Positions 31,288-40,378 of a stretch of DNA of 64,000 nt are shown piece after piece. The notes under the pieces were generated by a model. The model saw nothing but the letters and a program-made list of their open reading frames with translations, did not search any database and had not been told where the DNA came from. Where the stretch lies: NCBI GenBank assembly GCA_951812995.1, contig CATOTD010000014.1:13794-77793 (forward strand), read 5' to 3'. The translations under genes and the position numbers were made by a program. The stretch comes from an uncultured Gammaproteobacteria bacterium. Its GTDB lineage: Bacteria; Pseudomonadota; Gammaproteobacteria; Eutrophobiales; Eutrophobiaceae. How positions within the stretch are numbered: the stretch's first letter is position 1; every line of letters begins with the position of its first letter.

Positions 31288-32427
31288 CTATTTCTGAGTC
31301 AGTGCACCATCAAAGGCACGCAACACCGGCTTTGCGATATAGCGCAATACCGAGCGTTTATCTATTTGCACATCCACAGCGGCCGTCATCCCCGGTTTCA
31401 GCGATTCAGACTTGAGTTTGGGATTGATCTGGTTTTGTTGTACATACACATGCGCACGATAATACACCGCAGACTGGCCTTCCGGGCCTTGCTCTGTCAG
31501 GGTATCGGAGCTGATATATTCAAGCGTACCTTCCAGTGCGCCGTATACCGTATAGTCGTAGGCATCGAGTTTGACGGTGGCGGGCAAGCCCAATTCAAGC
31601 TGCGCAATATCGGCCGGGCTGATCTTGGTCTCTATAATCAAGTCGCCACCTGTGGGCGATATTTGCATGAGTTCATCGCCCTGTCGTAAAACACCGCCAA
31701 GTGTGTTGATGCGCAAATACTTTACAACGCCTGCTACTGGCGCCACGATATTGGTATGATCGAGTATGTCATTGCGCTGGTCGAGTTTGAATCGCTCAAT
31801 GGCAATCGAATCTTGCACCTGGGTCATTTCTTTGCGTGCCGCCGTCGCATAGCGGTGTCGAGCCGCACTCAAACGGCCTTCCAGATCCAACACCTGACGT
31901 TGCAAGCGCATGACCTCTACCTGGCTGACATCGCCAGTCTCAAGCAAGTCTTGGTGCAGTGACCACTCACTACGGGCGACTTCCAGCCCATCTTCCAGTT
32001 TGCTGGCCTCATCTTGTAATGCCTGTCTATTTTGTATAAACAAGGCTTCTTGCGCCGCCACAATATCCGGATAATCAACGGCCAGATTGCCGAAATCCGG
32101 CTCACTGACTTGAGCCTCGGCCTGGGCACGGATAAACGTCGCCTCCAGTGCCGCAAGGCGCGCACGACCTTCTTCAACACCGGCAACCGCACGGTCTTTT
32201 TCCAAGACCGCAATGACATCACCGGCTTTGACTTCTTGTCCTTCCGATACATGCAACGCGGCCAAGACACCGCCATCGGCGACTTGAATCACCTGGGTGC
32301 GCTTCTCCGGTATAACCTGTCCCTGGGCGCGCACGGTTTGATCGACCTCAAACACAGAGGCCCATACCAAAAATGCGCCCACTAATAAAAGGATAAGACT
32401 GCTGGTTGCTTTTACTGGACTGGCCAT
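31288..32427 (-). CDS. HlyD-family type I secretion membrane fusion protein
   Basis: N-terminal TM, AQGQVIP, V.EGQ.VKAGD, coiled coil, APVAGVV, DAYDYTVYG.LEG, LKPGM. Confidence 0.95.
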   Translation of the reverse strand: MASPVKATSSLILLLVGAFLVWASVFEVDQTVRAQGQVIPEKRTQVIQVADGGVLAALHVSEGQEVKAGDVIAVLEKDRAVAGVEEGRARLAALEATFIRAQAEAQVSEPDFGNLAVDYPDIVAAQEALFIQNRQALQDEASKLEDGLEVARSEWSLHQDLLETGDVSQVEVMRLQRQVLDLEGRLSAARHRYATAARKEMTQVQDSIAIERFKLDQRNDILDHTNIVAPVAGVVKYLRINTLGGVLRQGDELMQISPTGGDLIIETKISPADIAQLELGLPATVKLDAYDYTVYGALEGTLEYISSDTLTEQGPEGQSAVYYRAHVYVQQNQINPKLKSESLKPGMTAAVDVQIDKRSVLRYIAKPVLRAFDGALTQK

Positions 32428-32432
32428 ATTCT

Positions 32433-34550
32433 TTACCTATTCACGGTTGGCGATTTTGTCTGTGCGGCCTTTGCCTGCGCGGCTTGGCGCAGTTTGGCCA
32501 AAACCTGATCTTTGGGGCCATCCATCACGATCTGGTTGTTGGCCAACACGATGATTCGATTGGTCATAGTTAGCATGTGTGGTTTATGGGTCGCCAGCAC
32601 CAGGGTACTTTTATCGCCCATGGATTGCATCAAGGCATTGGCAACATACTGCTCCATGGCCTCATCCATGTGGGCAGTCGGCTCATCAAGTAACCAGATG
32701 ACTGGCTCACGCAACAAGGCACGGGTAATATGCACCAACTGACGCTGACCACCCGAAAGACCAATGCCGCCTTCGAATATTTCTTGCTCCAGCCCCTTGG
32801 GGTGCGGTGTAATAACCGCCTGCATCAAACCACAACGCTCGGCTACCGCCAGTAGCTGATCATCGCCGGGATCGGCCAGCCCCAATATCAGATTATCGCG
32901 CAAGGTACCAGCAAACAAGCGGCCTTCCTGCGGTACATAACCCATGTGCCGTGCCAGCAATGGCTTGGAAATATGGCTGATATCAACGCCATCGAGCAAT
33001 ACCCGCCCTTCGCTTGGTTTATACATGCCAGAGAGCAGGCGTAGTAACGTGGTTTTGCCAGAGCCCACCGATCCAATCACGCCGATCCTGTCGCCCGCGG
33101 ACACGGCAAGCTGCGGCAACGCCAGAATAACGCTACCACGATAGCCGGCCTTTATTTTTTCACAAACATAATTACCGACCACATTTTCCACCATGATGGG
33201 TTTCGTGTCCTGCTCATGATCAAGCTGCAGTTTCCACAAGGTGTCGAGATCTCTGACCGACACCTTGGTATGCGCCCATTGGATGATTTGTTGCGGGACC
33301 ATGGCCACCGGTGCCAGTATCCGGCCGGACAAGATAGAACAGGCAATCAGCCCGCCCATGGTGAGATTACCGCTACTGATCTGTAGCGCACCAAAAGCGA
33401 TCAGGGAGATATAGGACAACTGTTGAAAGGCGGCGATCAGATATTGCGAATGCTCGGTAATGTTGCGCATCAACAGCTCAAAATGGCGGGCTTCATCGGT
33501 AATATCAAGCCAACGGGACAACAACCGCCAGCCGCCCTGTCCGGATTTTATGGTCTCGGCCCCTTCAACGGATTCGACCAACAAGCCCGTCTTAAAATGC
33601 ACAGCCGCAGTGATCTTGGCCGCCCAGTGTTGTACGCGGCGGTGATATAGCAGGCCGACCACTAGGCCGATGCACAAGAAAATGGCCGGTATGATTGCCA
33701 AATAGCCGCCAACCGTAAACAAAACGCCTAAAAACAGCAGTGCCATCGGGCCATCAATCACTAACTGGGTGGTCACGCCGACTAAAAACGTGCGCACGCT
33801 TTCATAACCACGCAAGCGTTGCGCTAAAGCACCGACACTCGGCGGCAACTGATCTAAGCGCAATGCCAAAAATCGTGAATACACATTGCGGGCTAGGCGT
33901 TGGTCAACGGCATCGGCCAGCCGTTGGTAGAGTCCGCAACGGATCCACTTGGCACTGGCCTCAACTAAAATGGCGATCAACACGCCGATGGTCAAGGCAA
34001 TCAGGGTCGCGCTGGCACTGGTTGGCACCACTCGATCATACACCTGCATGGTGTAAAACGCGGTGGCTAATGCCATGACGTTAATCAATATCGTGCTGGT
34101 AAAGACCTCACGCAAAAGCGCCTTTTCAGCAAACAACTCGTCTTTTACTAGCTGGAAGGTCGGGCTTTCGCTGGCATCAAACGGCCTTGCCAAACGCAAC
34201 CTAGCAAAACGATGATCCTCTAAACTGTCGTAGTGTTGCTCGCGCCACTTGTTTTCCTTTTCATCAAAAAATTCAACAGACCAGGCACCTAACTCATTTT
34301 GGCCAATCAATGCCCCCCAGTTGCCTTGCTGGTCAAGTATCAGCATGGGTACACGCGAGGCATCGGGCTTATTCTGCCAACGGGGGCGCGACAATCCCAA
34401 GGCCTTGGTAATACCCAATAATTTAGTCTCAGGGCTGTCTGTTTCCGGTGCCTGGTTTACCGCATCGCGCAATGACAGCGGGTCTAGCGATTCGCGTTGC
34501 AATACGGCAATGCGCATCAGCGCAGTGACCAGCATGTCTTGATTAGTCAT
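32433..34550 (-). CDS. Type I secretion ABC transporter (LapB/LssB-like, C39-like N-domain)
   Basis: YTMQVYDRVVP, Walker A GSVGSGKTT, LSGGQRQ, LLDEPT, THK. Confidence 0.95.
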   Translation of the reverse strand: MTNQDMLVTALMRIAVLQRESLDPLSLRDAVNQAPETDSPETKLLGITKALGLSRPRWQNKPDASRVPMLILDQQGNWGALIGQNELGAWSVEFFDEKENKWREQHYDSLEDHRFARLRLARPFDASESPTFQLVKDELFAEKALLREVFTSTILINVMALATAFYTMQVYDRVVPTSASATLIALTIGVLIAILVEASAKWIRCGLYQRLADAVDQRLARNVYSRFLALRLDQLPPSVGALAQRLRGYESVRTFLVGVTTQLVIDGPMALLFLGVLFTVGGYLAIIPAIFLCIGLVVGLLYHRRVQHWAAKITAAVHFKTGLLVESVEGAETIKSGQGGWRLLSRWLDITDEARHFELLMRNITEHSQYLIAAFQQLSYISLIAFGALQISSGNLTMGGLIACSILSGRILAPVAMVPQQIIQWAHTKVSVRDLDTLWKLQLDHEQDTKPIMVENVVGNYVCEKIKAGYRGSVILALPQLAVSAGDRIGVIGSVGSGKTTLLRLLSGMYKPSEGRVLLDGVDISHISKPLLARHMGYVPQEGRLFAGTLRDNLILGLADPGDDQLLAVAERCGLMQAVITPHPKGLEQEIFEGGIGLSGGQRQLVHITRALLREPVIWLLDEPTAHMDEAMEQYVANALMQSMGDKSTLVLATHKPHMLTMTNRIIVLANNQIVMDGPKDQVLAKLRQAAQAKAAQTKSPTVNR

Positions 34551-34553
34551 GTG

Positions 34554-35861
34554 TCATAATCCTGAAAGTCCTTTCGTGTAAATATATAAGCGCCAGCTTG
34601 CAGACAATTGTGCCGAATCCGCATCGGCCAATTGCACCTCGCTGGTGGCCAGCTCACGGCTGGCATTCATCAGGTCAAGCCAGCTCTTGGAGCCGGCCAG
34701 AAACTGGCGCTCGTAGGATGCCTGTATCAACTGTGCAGAAGCCACGACTTGTTTTATGATCGCAACGCGCTTTTGTGATGCCTGTAACACGGCATAACTG
34801 TTGCGCACTTGTTCTTTGATAGCAAGGTGGGTGGCTCTGACTTGTGCCTCGGCGGATGCTAAAATCGCCTGAGCCTCGTTTATCCGACTCATAGTCGACA
34901 GCCCCGCACCAAACCGGCTTTGTAAACCAAAAAATACTCGGGAATCCGAGTCGGCATCGAGTCGCGTGAAGTTGCCTTTCTGGTGTTCCAGTCTGACAAA
35001 CACCTCCGGCCAATTATCGGCCTTGCGGGAACGGATGAGTGCCTTGGCGACCCGCGTTTCTTCCATTACCCTGCGCAATGACGGACTGGTTTGTTCGGCT
35101 TCGGCCAGGGCAGTCGTTATATCGGGTTCTGGCGGTAGCACTTGCGGCAATCTTTGCGCCAATCTCGCCTCAGCAAGTGGACTACCAAGTAATTGGCCAA
35201 GCTGCAATAGGGCCGTTTCACGCGATACACCGGCTAGCGCAATGTCAGCCTGTACCAGCTTAATGCGCTCATTGGCAAGTTCCAGATCACTCCTACTGGA
35301 GGCACCGGCCGCTACTCGGCGGGCAATTTTATCGCGCAGGCGTTGATGTTCTCTAACACTGCGTTGCCAAGCCTCATACCTGAACCAGGCAGAGAGCCAC
35401 CGACTGTAAGCCGCCACGATATCCAGCGACAACTGTAATTGTGCCTCGCCCAATGAGGCAAACGAGGCGTCCAACTGCGCCTGGGCTTGATCGAGGTCAG
35501 CACTGAGACGGCCGGCAGTCCAGATCGGTTGCTGAATACGCAATACAGTCACCATATCGTCGCCAGCATAATTGCCATCCGTAGCACTGGCATCGACCAG
35601 TTCCACAGATACGGATGGGGTCGGCCATAATTGCCATTTTGCCGATTGCACATTCGCCCGGGACTGTTCCATTCTGGCACGGGCTATATCTACCTGTGGT
35701 GCATCCGCGATACCCTCGCGCAACAATTCAGGCAATAGCTCCGTATCGTTGAATGCCATGCCAGGTGTCGGCACCAGCAATGTGAGCACGAACAACCACA
35801 AACATACGCACAGGCGACTCTGAAACGAGCACAACTGCGAGGTCATTATAAACATCTTCAT
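34554..35861 (-). CDS. TolC-family outer membrane channel (LapE/AggA-like)
   Basis: Signal peptide, WPTPSV, QPIWTAGRL, YERQFLAG.KSWLDLMNA.RE. In operon with the ABC and HlyD genes. Confidence 0.93.
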   Translation of the reverse strand: MKMFIMTSQLCSFQSRLCVCLWLFVLTLLVPTPGMAFNDTELLPELLREGIADAPQVDIARARMEQSRANVQSAKWQLWPTPSVSVELVDASATDGNYAGDDMVTVLRIQQPIWTAGRLSADLDQAQAQLDASFASLGEAQLQLSLDIVAAYSRWLSAWFRYEAWQRSVREHQRLRDKIARRVAAGASSRSDLELANERIKLVQADIALAGVSRETALLQLGQLLGSPLAEARLAQRLPQVLPPEPDITTALAEAEQTSPSLRRVMEETRVAKALIRSRKADNWPEVFVRLEHQKGNFTRLDADSDSRVFFGLQSRFGAGLSTMSRINEAQAILASAEAQVRATHLAIKEQVRNSYAVLQASQKRVAIIKQVVASAQLIQASYERQFLAGSKSWLDLMNASRELATSEVQLADADSAQLSASWRLYIYTKGLSGL

Positions 35862-36014
35862 TTTATGTGTATTTTGTATGCCATTGATTGATAAAGCGGT
35901 TTATACAATGTCGGGTACTGTGCAATATGACCGACAACATTTGCGGACAAACAACAGCCATATCCGATGTAATCATACGCATTAAAGGATTCATAAAAAT
36001 CGGTTGGTATTTAC

Positions 36015-39000
36015 CTATATCACCGCAAAATAATTGGCGAAATTATCGATAATGTCTTGATGATCAACGTCGTTGAGAATCAGGTAGACCAAGGTGTTAT
36101 CGTCTGCGCTGACGATATTGGCATGTTCGCCGTTATCGAGCACCGCCAGACCCAGACCGGCCAGCGTTTCCTCGGTACCGTCATCTACATCGACTTGAAT
36201 GCGGTCGCCATCGGCCTGCACAAAGTCAAGTATGGTGTCGGTATCTGCAGCCTCGGCATCAGTGTCCAGTACAAACCTATCCTCACCCGCGCCGCCGGTC
36301 AGCATATCCTCACCCGCGCCGCCGGTCAGCATATCCATACCCGCACCGCCGTCAAGAATGTCATCGCCCGCGCCGCCTTCGAGTACGTTGTCATTCCCAT
36401 CGCCGATAAGCACATCGTTATAGCCTGAGCCGATCAAGTTCTCGATACTGATGAGTACATCGCCTTCGGCTTCGCTACCAACTTGTGCGTCTGCCTTGTT
36501 TAGATTGACATACACGCCGGTCACGCCCATCACTTCGGCCGCAAGCCCGTTGACTGCATCTACTGCCACGACATACTCCACCACCTGTGCCGCATTCGCA
36601 TACGAGGCCGTATCCGTGTCATCGCCGCCGGTCAGCATATCTGCACCCGCCCCGCCGTCAAGGGTGTCCACACCTGTACCGCCGATAAGCGTGTCATCGC
36701 CCGCACCACCGTTTAAGGTGTCGTCATTAACCCCGCCTTCCAATCTGTCATTGCCATCACCACCATTGAGGGTGTCATTGCCTTCTCTGCCGCTAAGTTT
36801 ATTGTTGTTTGTATCGCCGGTTAAGGTGTCGTCATACGCCGAGCCGATAATATTTTCGATATTGGATAAGAGATCACCTGCGGCATGACCACCGGCTTGG
36901 GCCGTGGTTTTGCCAAGATCAACAACCACCCCGGCATCAGAGGCACCATACGTGACCGTATCGGTGCCGTCACCACCATCAATCTGGTCGGGAGCGGAAG
37001 TTGCAATCAGTAACCCGTCATCGCGGCCATCATTAATGGTATTTGGGATATTGATTTTATGTTGTGCCTGATTATTCAGTGCCCTGGATAACAGTGTCGC
37101 ATCATGACCAACACTATCGGTGATAGTCGCACCTCCTTGGCGAGAGAGTGCATTTTCCACAACACTCAGGCCATTTGCATCGGTATCATTGTCCGCAACC
37201 GTATAGGTAAACACCACCGTATCACCCTCGCTTTGATCCGCATCATAAACCGCATCGCGCGCCCTGAAGCCGACAATCAACTGCAATATCGGTGCACCAG
37301 TGACCACTACCGCCTCGGAAAACCTAACGGTAAATTCAATCACATCGCCGGTTCGGTAAATTGCGTCAGCACCGGCATCGGAGCTGATAGTGATAGCGTT
37401 TACGCTTGGCGGGGTCTGATCGATGTTGAATGTAAATTGCTCGCTTTTCGCGCCTTGTTTGTCGGTTTCGGTATCAACCACAACACCTATCAGTGCAAGC
37501 ACTTGTTTGTCGTTCAAAGTACGCTCATCTACATACTCCCAATCCGTCCCTGTGACCTCGGCCTCACCCAAAAAAGTGCTACCATCGTAGATATACAATG
37601 CCTCATTATCCTGTAGTTCCCGACTTAAGGTACCGACTATTACCGGTAGATCATCATCGGTCGCATCGCCATCTTGTAAATTGTCTCTAATAGTCCCTCT
37701 ATCATCCTCAACGTGGGTAATGGTCGGCGTGACAGCAGGGCCGGAGGTATCCACCGTGTGTACGGGATCAGCGTCCACTTCGTCATGATCAAGCCGCGCA
37801 TCAACGCTTGCGTCTGCATCATCAGCGTCTGCGTCTGCGTCATCAGCATCTGCATCAGCGTCTGCGTCATCAGCGGCATCTGCTTCATCTTCATCTGGTA
37901 TAGTGCCGTCTTTTATCGTGCCATCACCAAGGCTGATGGCATCGGCATCGATATGGATACCGTCAGCATCGGCATCGCCCTCCTGTACTTCGTATGAAAA
38001 CACCATCACTCTCGATCCGCCGTCTGCTTCGTCATCTGCCTGATAGGTGGCATTTCTGACATTCTCACCCACCTGGATTTCAATAAACGGCGTGCCAGTG
38101 ACAACCACCGTCTTGGAAAACGTAACGGTAATCTCGATATGGTCTCCAACCACGTAATAATCAACCAGGGATGGCTCTGAGCTAATGTAAACATTCGTGA
38201 CATAGGGCGGTATGGTTTTGACGATCAACGATACTAATTTGGGGATAGTGTCCACTTCTTCGGGCTCGGCAGCAGCAATGGCCGCCTGGATATCGCCTAA
38301 GTCCTCGTCGGCAAAGGTGCCGAGATTCAAAGCCCGTAATTGCGCCAGGGTAATCGCCGTGCCATCATCGGTAGCGGCGGCAGTGGCAATCGCATCAAGG
38401 GCACTGGCAATAGCCTCAAAGGCTGCTTTTTCATCGGCATCGGTGGCAATCTGATCGGCAAAACCATCCACCTTGGCTGCTTGTGCACCAGTTACCAGAT
38501 CGATTTTAGCATCATCCGCAAGGCCTTGTTCTGACAGTGATTCACTTAAGCGCTCCAGTACCGCATCGGTGGATTCATCTTTAATTTTTTCTATACCAGA
38601 TAGAGATGCCAGTGCCTTGCCGTAGGCGTTGGGGGCATCGTCGCCAGTCGTTGGGTCGCCGTCTTTATCCACCGTCGGCTTGACCGCACCCGACACCAGG
38701 TCATCGGCATCGGCTGTATCATCATCGCCCGTGATACCAAAGGCATCGGCAACCGCGGCCTGCGCATCAGTGACCTGCTCGGGCGTGATGCTTGAGGCAC
38801 TGATACTGGTTTCGGTGTCCGCCCCACGACCGCTAGCAAGGCCCGCCTTGCGCGTGGCCAGCTCGGTCAACGGGTTGACATTGACCGTCTTGGTCTCACC
38901 TGCGGCCGGGGCTACGGTAATAGTGCGCAAATCCGTGCCGAGGTCTTTAGGCGCGCCGGTTGCCTCGTCTTGGTAGTCGGGATCAGCGTTGTCGTCTGTG

Positions 39001-39737
39001 ATCCGCACCAATATCAGTCCACTGTAGCGTTGCCTGATGCTAACGCTGTAGCTACCATCATCATCCACCTCGCCACGACCGAGTTCTCTACCGGCGGCAT
39101 TATATATCTCTACTGCCAGCCCATGGCCAGAGACCAGCGGCCCTAAAACCACATTGCCGTCAATCGTAAAGGGCGTTGGTATGGGTGGTGTGTTGTCAGT
39201 GTTGGCACTACTACTGCCACCCGTACTACCGGCCACGGCCGCGCCAACGGCCAAAAGACCCAAGCCGCGGAACAAAACGTCACTGCTCGGTAGCAATAGT
39301 TTTTCCTGCAACACAACGCTGTATTCGCGGATGTCATCGTAATCGTAATTGTCATTGTCATCAACTGGCGGTGGCACCACTATCGGCGTATTTGCCAGCA
39401 CCATCAGGGCTTCGTAATCGCCCTGGGTATAGATGATATGAATACCGGTTTCGGTGGTGTAGTGCGGTGTCTTGGTGGTAACGATATAGTCATTATCGGC
39501 CGCTTCTGTGGGCAGGACGATTTCGCATTGTGCCTCATGGCAGGCCACATAAAAACCCTCAAAAATAACGATCGTGCCATCGGTATATTTTAATATCAGG
39601 GCGCTACCTTCGCGGATGGCTATAAAATCAGATTTTATAGTGCCATCGGTAGCGGCGATGCGGTAGTGTACGCCCGCCTCGGCCTGGATGTGCTGGGTCT
39701 TGCCGGATTGTGGGTTTATGATTGACGTGTTTGCCAT
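36015..39737 (-). CDS. RTX adhesin-like T1SS substrate, 1240 aa (BapA-like N-terminus, Ig-like domains, RTX nonapeptides)
   Basis: REGSALILKY.DG..VIFEGFY N-domain, GLGLLAVGAAVAGSTGGSSS linker, two ITV.FS..VVVTG.P Ig-like domains, GGxGxDxLx repeats, C-terminus NYFAVI. Confidence 0.9.
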   Translation of the reverse strand: MANTSIINPQSGKTQHIQAEAGVHYRIAATDGTIKSDFIAIREGSALILKYTDGTIVIFEGFYVACHEAQCEIVLPTEAADNDYIVTTKTPHYTTETGIHIIYTQGDYEALMVLANTPIVVPPPVDDNDNYDYDDIREYSVVLQEKLLLPSSDVLFRGLGLLAVGAAVAGSTGGSSSANTDNTPPIPTPFTIDGNVVLGPLVSGHGLAVEIYNAAGRELGRGEVDDDGSYSVSIRQRYSGLILVRITDDNADPDYQDEATGAPKDLGTDLRTITVAPAAGETKTVNVNPLTELATRKAGLASGRGADTETSISASSITPEQVTDAQAAVADAFGITGDDDTADADDLVSGAVKPTVDKDGDPTTGDDAPNAYGKALASLSGIEKIKDESTDAVLERLSESLSEQGLADDAKIDLVTGAQAAKVDGFADQIATDADEKAAFEAIASALDAIATAAATDDGTAITLAQLRALNLGTFADEDLGDIQAAIAAAEPEEVDTIPKLVSLIVKTIPPYVTNVYISSEPSLVDYYVVGDHIEITVTFSKTVVVTGTPFIEIQVGENVRNATYQADDEADGGSRVMVFSYEVQEGDADADGIHIDADAISLGDGTIKDGTIPDEDEADAADDADADADADDADADADDADASVDARLDHDEVDADPVHTVDTSGPAVTPTITHVEDDRGTIRDNLQDGDATDDDLPVIVGTLSRELQDNEALYIYDGSTFLGEAEVTGTDWEYVDERTLNDKQVLALIGVVVDTETDKQGAKSEQFTFNIDQTPPSVNAITISSDAGADAIYRTGDVIEFTVRFSEAVVVTGAPILQLIVGFRARDAVYDADQSEGDTVVFTYTVADNDTDANGLSVVENALSRQGGATITDSVGHDATLLSRALNNQAQHKINIPNTINDGRDDGLLIATSAPDQIDGGDGTDTVTYGASDAGVVVDLGKTTAQAGGHAAGDLLSNIENIIGSAYDDTLTGDTNNNKLSGREGNDTLNGGDGNDRLEGGVNDDTLNGGAGDDTLIGGTGVDTLDGGAGADMLTGGDDTDTASYANAAQVVEYVVAVDAVNGLAAEVMGVTGVYVNLNKADAQVGSEAEGDVLISIENLIGSGYNDVLIGDGNDNVLEGGAGDDILDGGAGMDMLTGGAGEDMLTGGAGEDRFVLDTDAEAADTDTILDFVQADGDRIQVDVDDGTEETLAGLGLAVLDNGEHANIVSADDNTLVYLILNDVDHQDIIDNFANYFAVI
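37809..37895 (-). repeat. Asp-Ala low-complexity coding tract
   Basis: Encodes DEDEADAADDADADADADDADADADDADA. Confidence 0.85.
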
Positions 39738-39940
39738 TACATTACGATTTAATAAAATTTTGTTCTTAAGGAATAAAAATTGTCATACTACTAATCAATA
39801 CGCATTGGCTTAACATATACACAGCCTCAGCCAACACGGGCCGATTGGAGCGGTGACAAGCGTATAGTCTGTTTAGACAGAAAGCAATAGCTTATGAAAA
39901 GATTGTTGTACACACTATTAAAACAAACAGGCGGCAATGC

Positions 39941-39975
39941 GGAATGAGGTGGAATGAGATGGAATGAGGCGGACT
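39941..39975 (+). repeat. GGAATGAGRY decamer repeat x3
   Basis: GGAATGAGGT GGAATGAGAT GGAATGAGGC GGACT. Confidence 0.75.
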
Positions 39976-40226
39976 AATCGGTACAATACTGAATATCGAC
40001 ACCGCTACCAATCAACAATCCCCGCCCCCATACTGACCCCCTACTGATGACACGGCTTCAAGCAAGGTCTGTAGGCAAACTTTATATCCTTGCTACCTTA
40101 CTATCTGCCACCGCCGACAAGGAAGTCAGCCTCGGTCGCGCCTTTGAGGCGGTCATCATCGCCAGCGTTTTTGGGCTTGGCCAAGCCGACCGACCCCTGC
40201 ATTAAAAATCAATCTGCATATTATCA

Positions 40227-40349
40227 TTAAATCACTGCAAAATAATCGGCAACATTTATCAGCGTATGATCGATATTTTCGATAGTCATGTAGACCAAAT
40301 TGTTATCGCCTGCGCTGACGATATTGGCGTGATTACCATTATCTGCCAG
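40227..40349 (-). pseudogene. Orphan copy of an RTX C-terminal secretion-signal segment
   Basis: Translates [40 protein letters not shown], homologous to the C-termini of both neighbouring RTX genes. It has no start of its own. Confidence 0.85.
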
Positions 40350-40378
40350 CCGCCGACATATCGGCCAAGGGCAACCCC

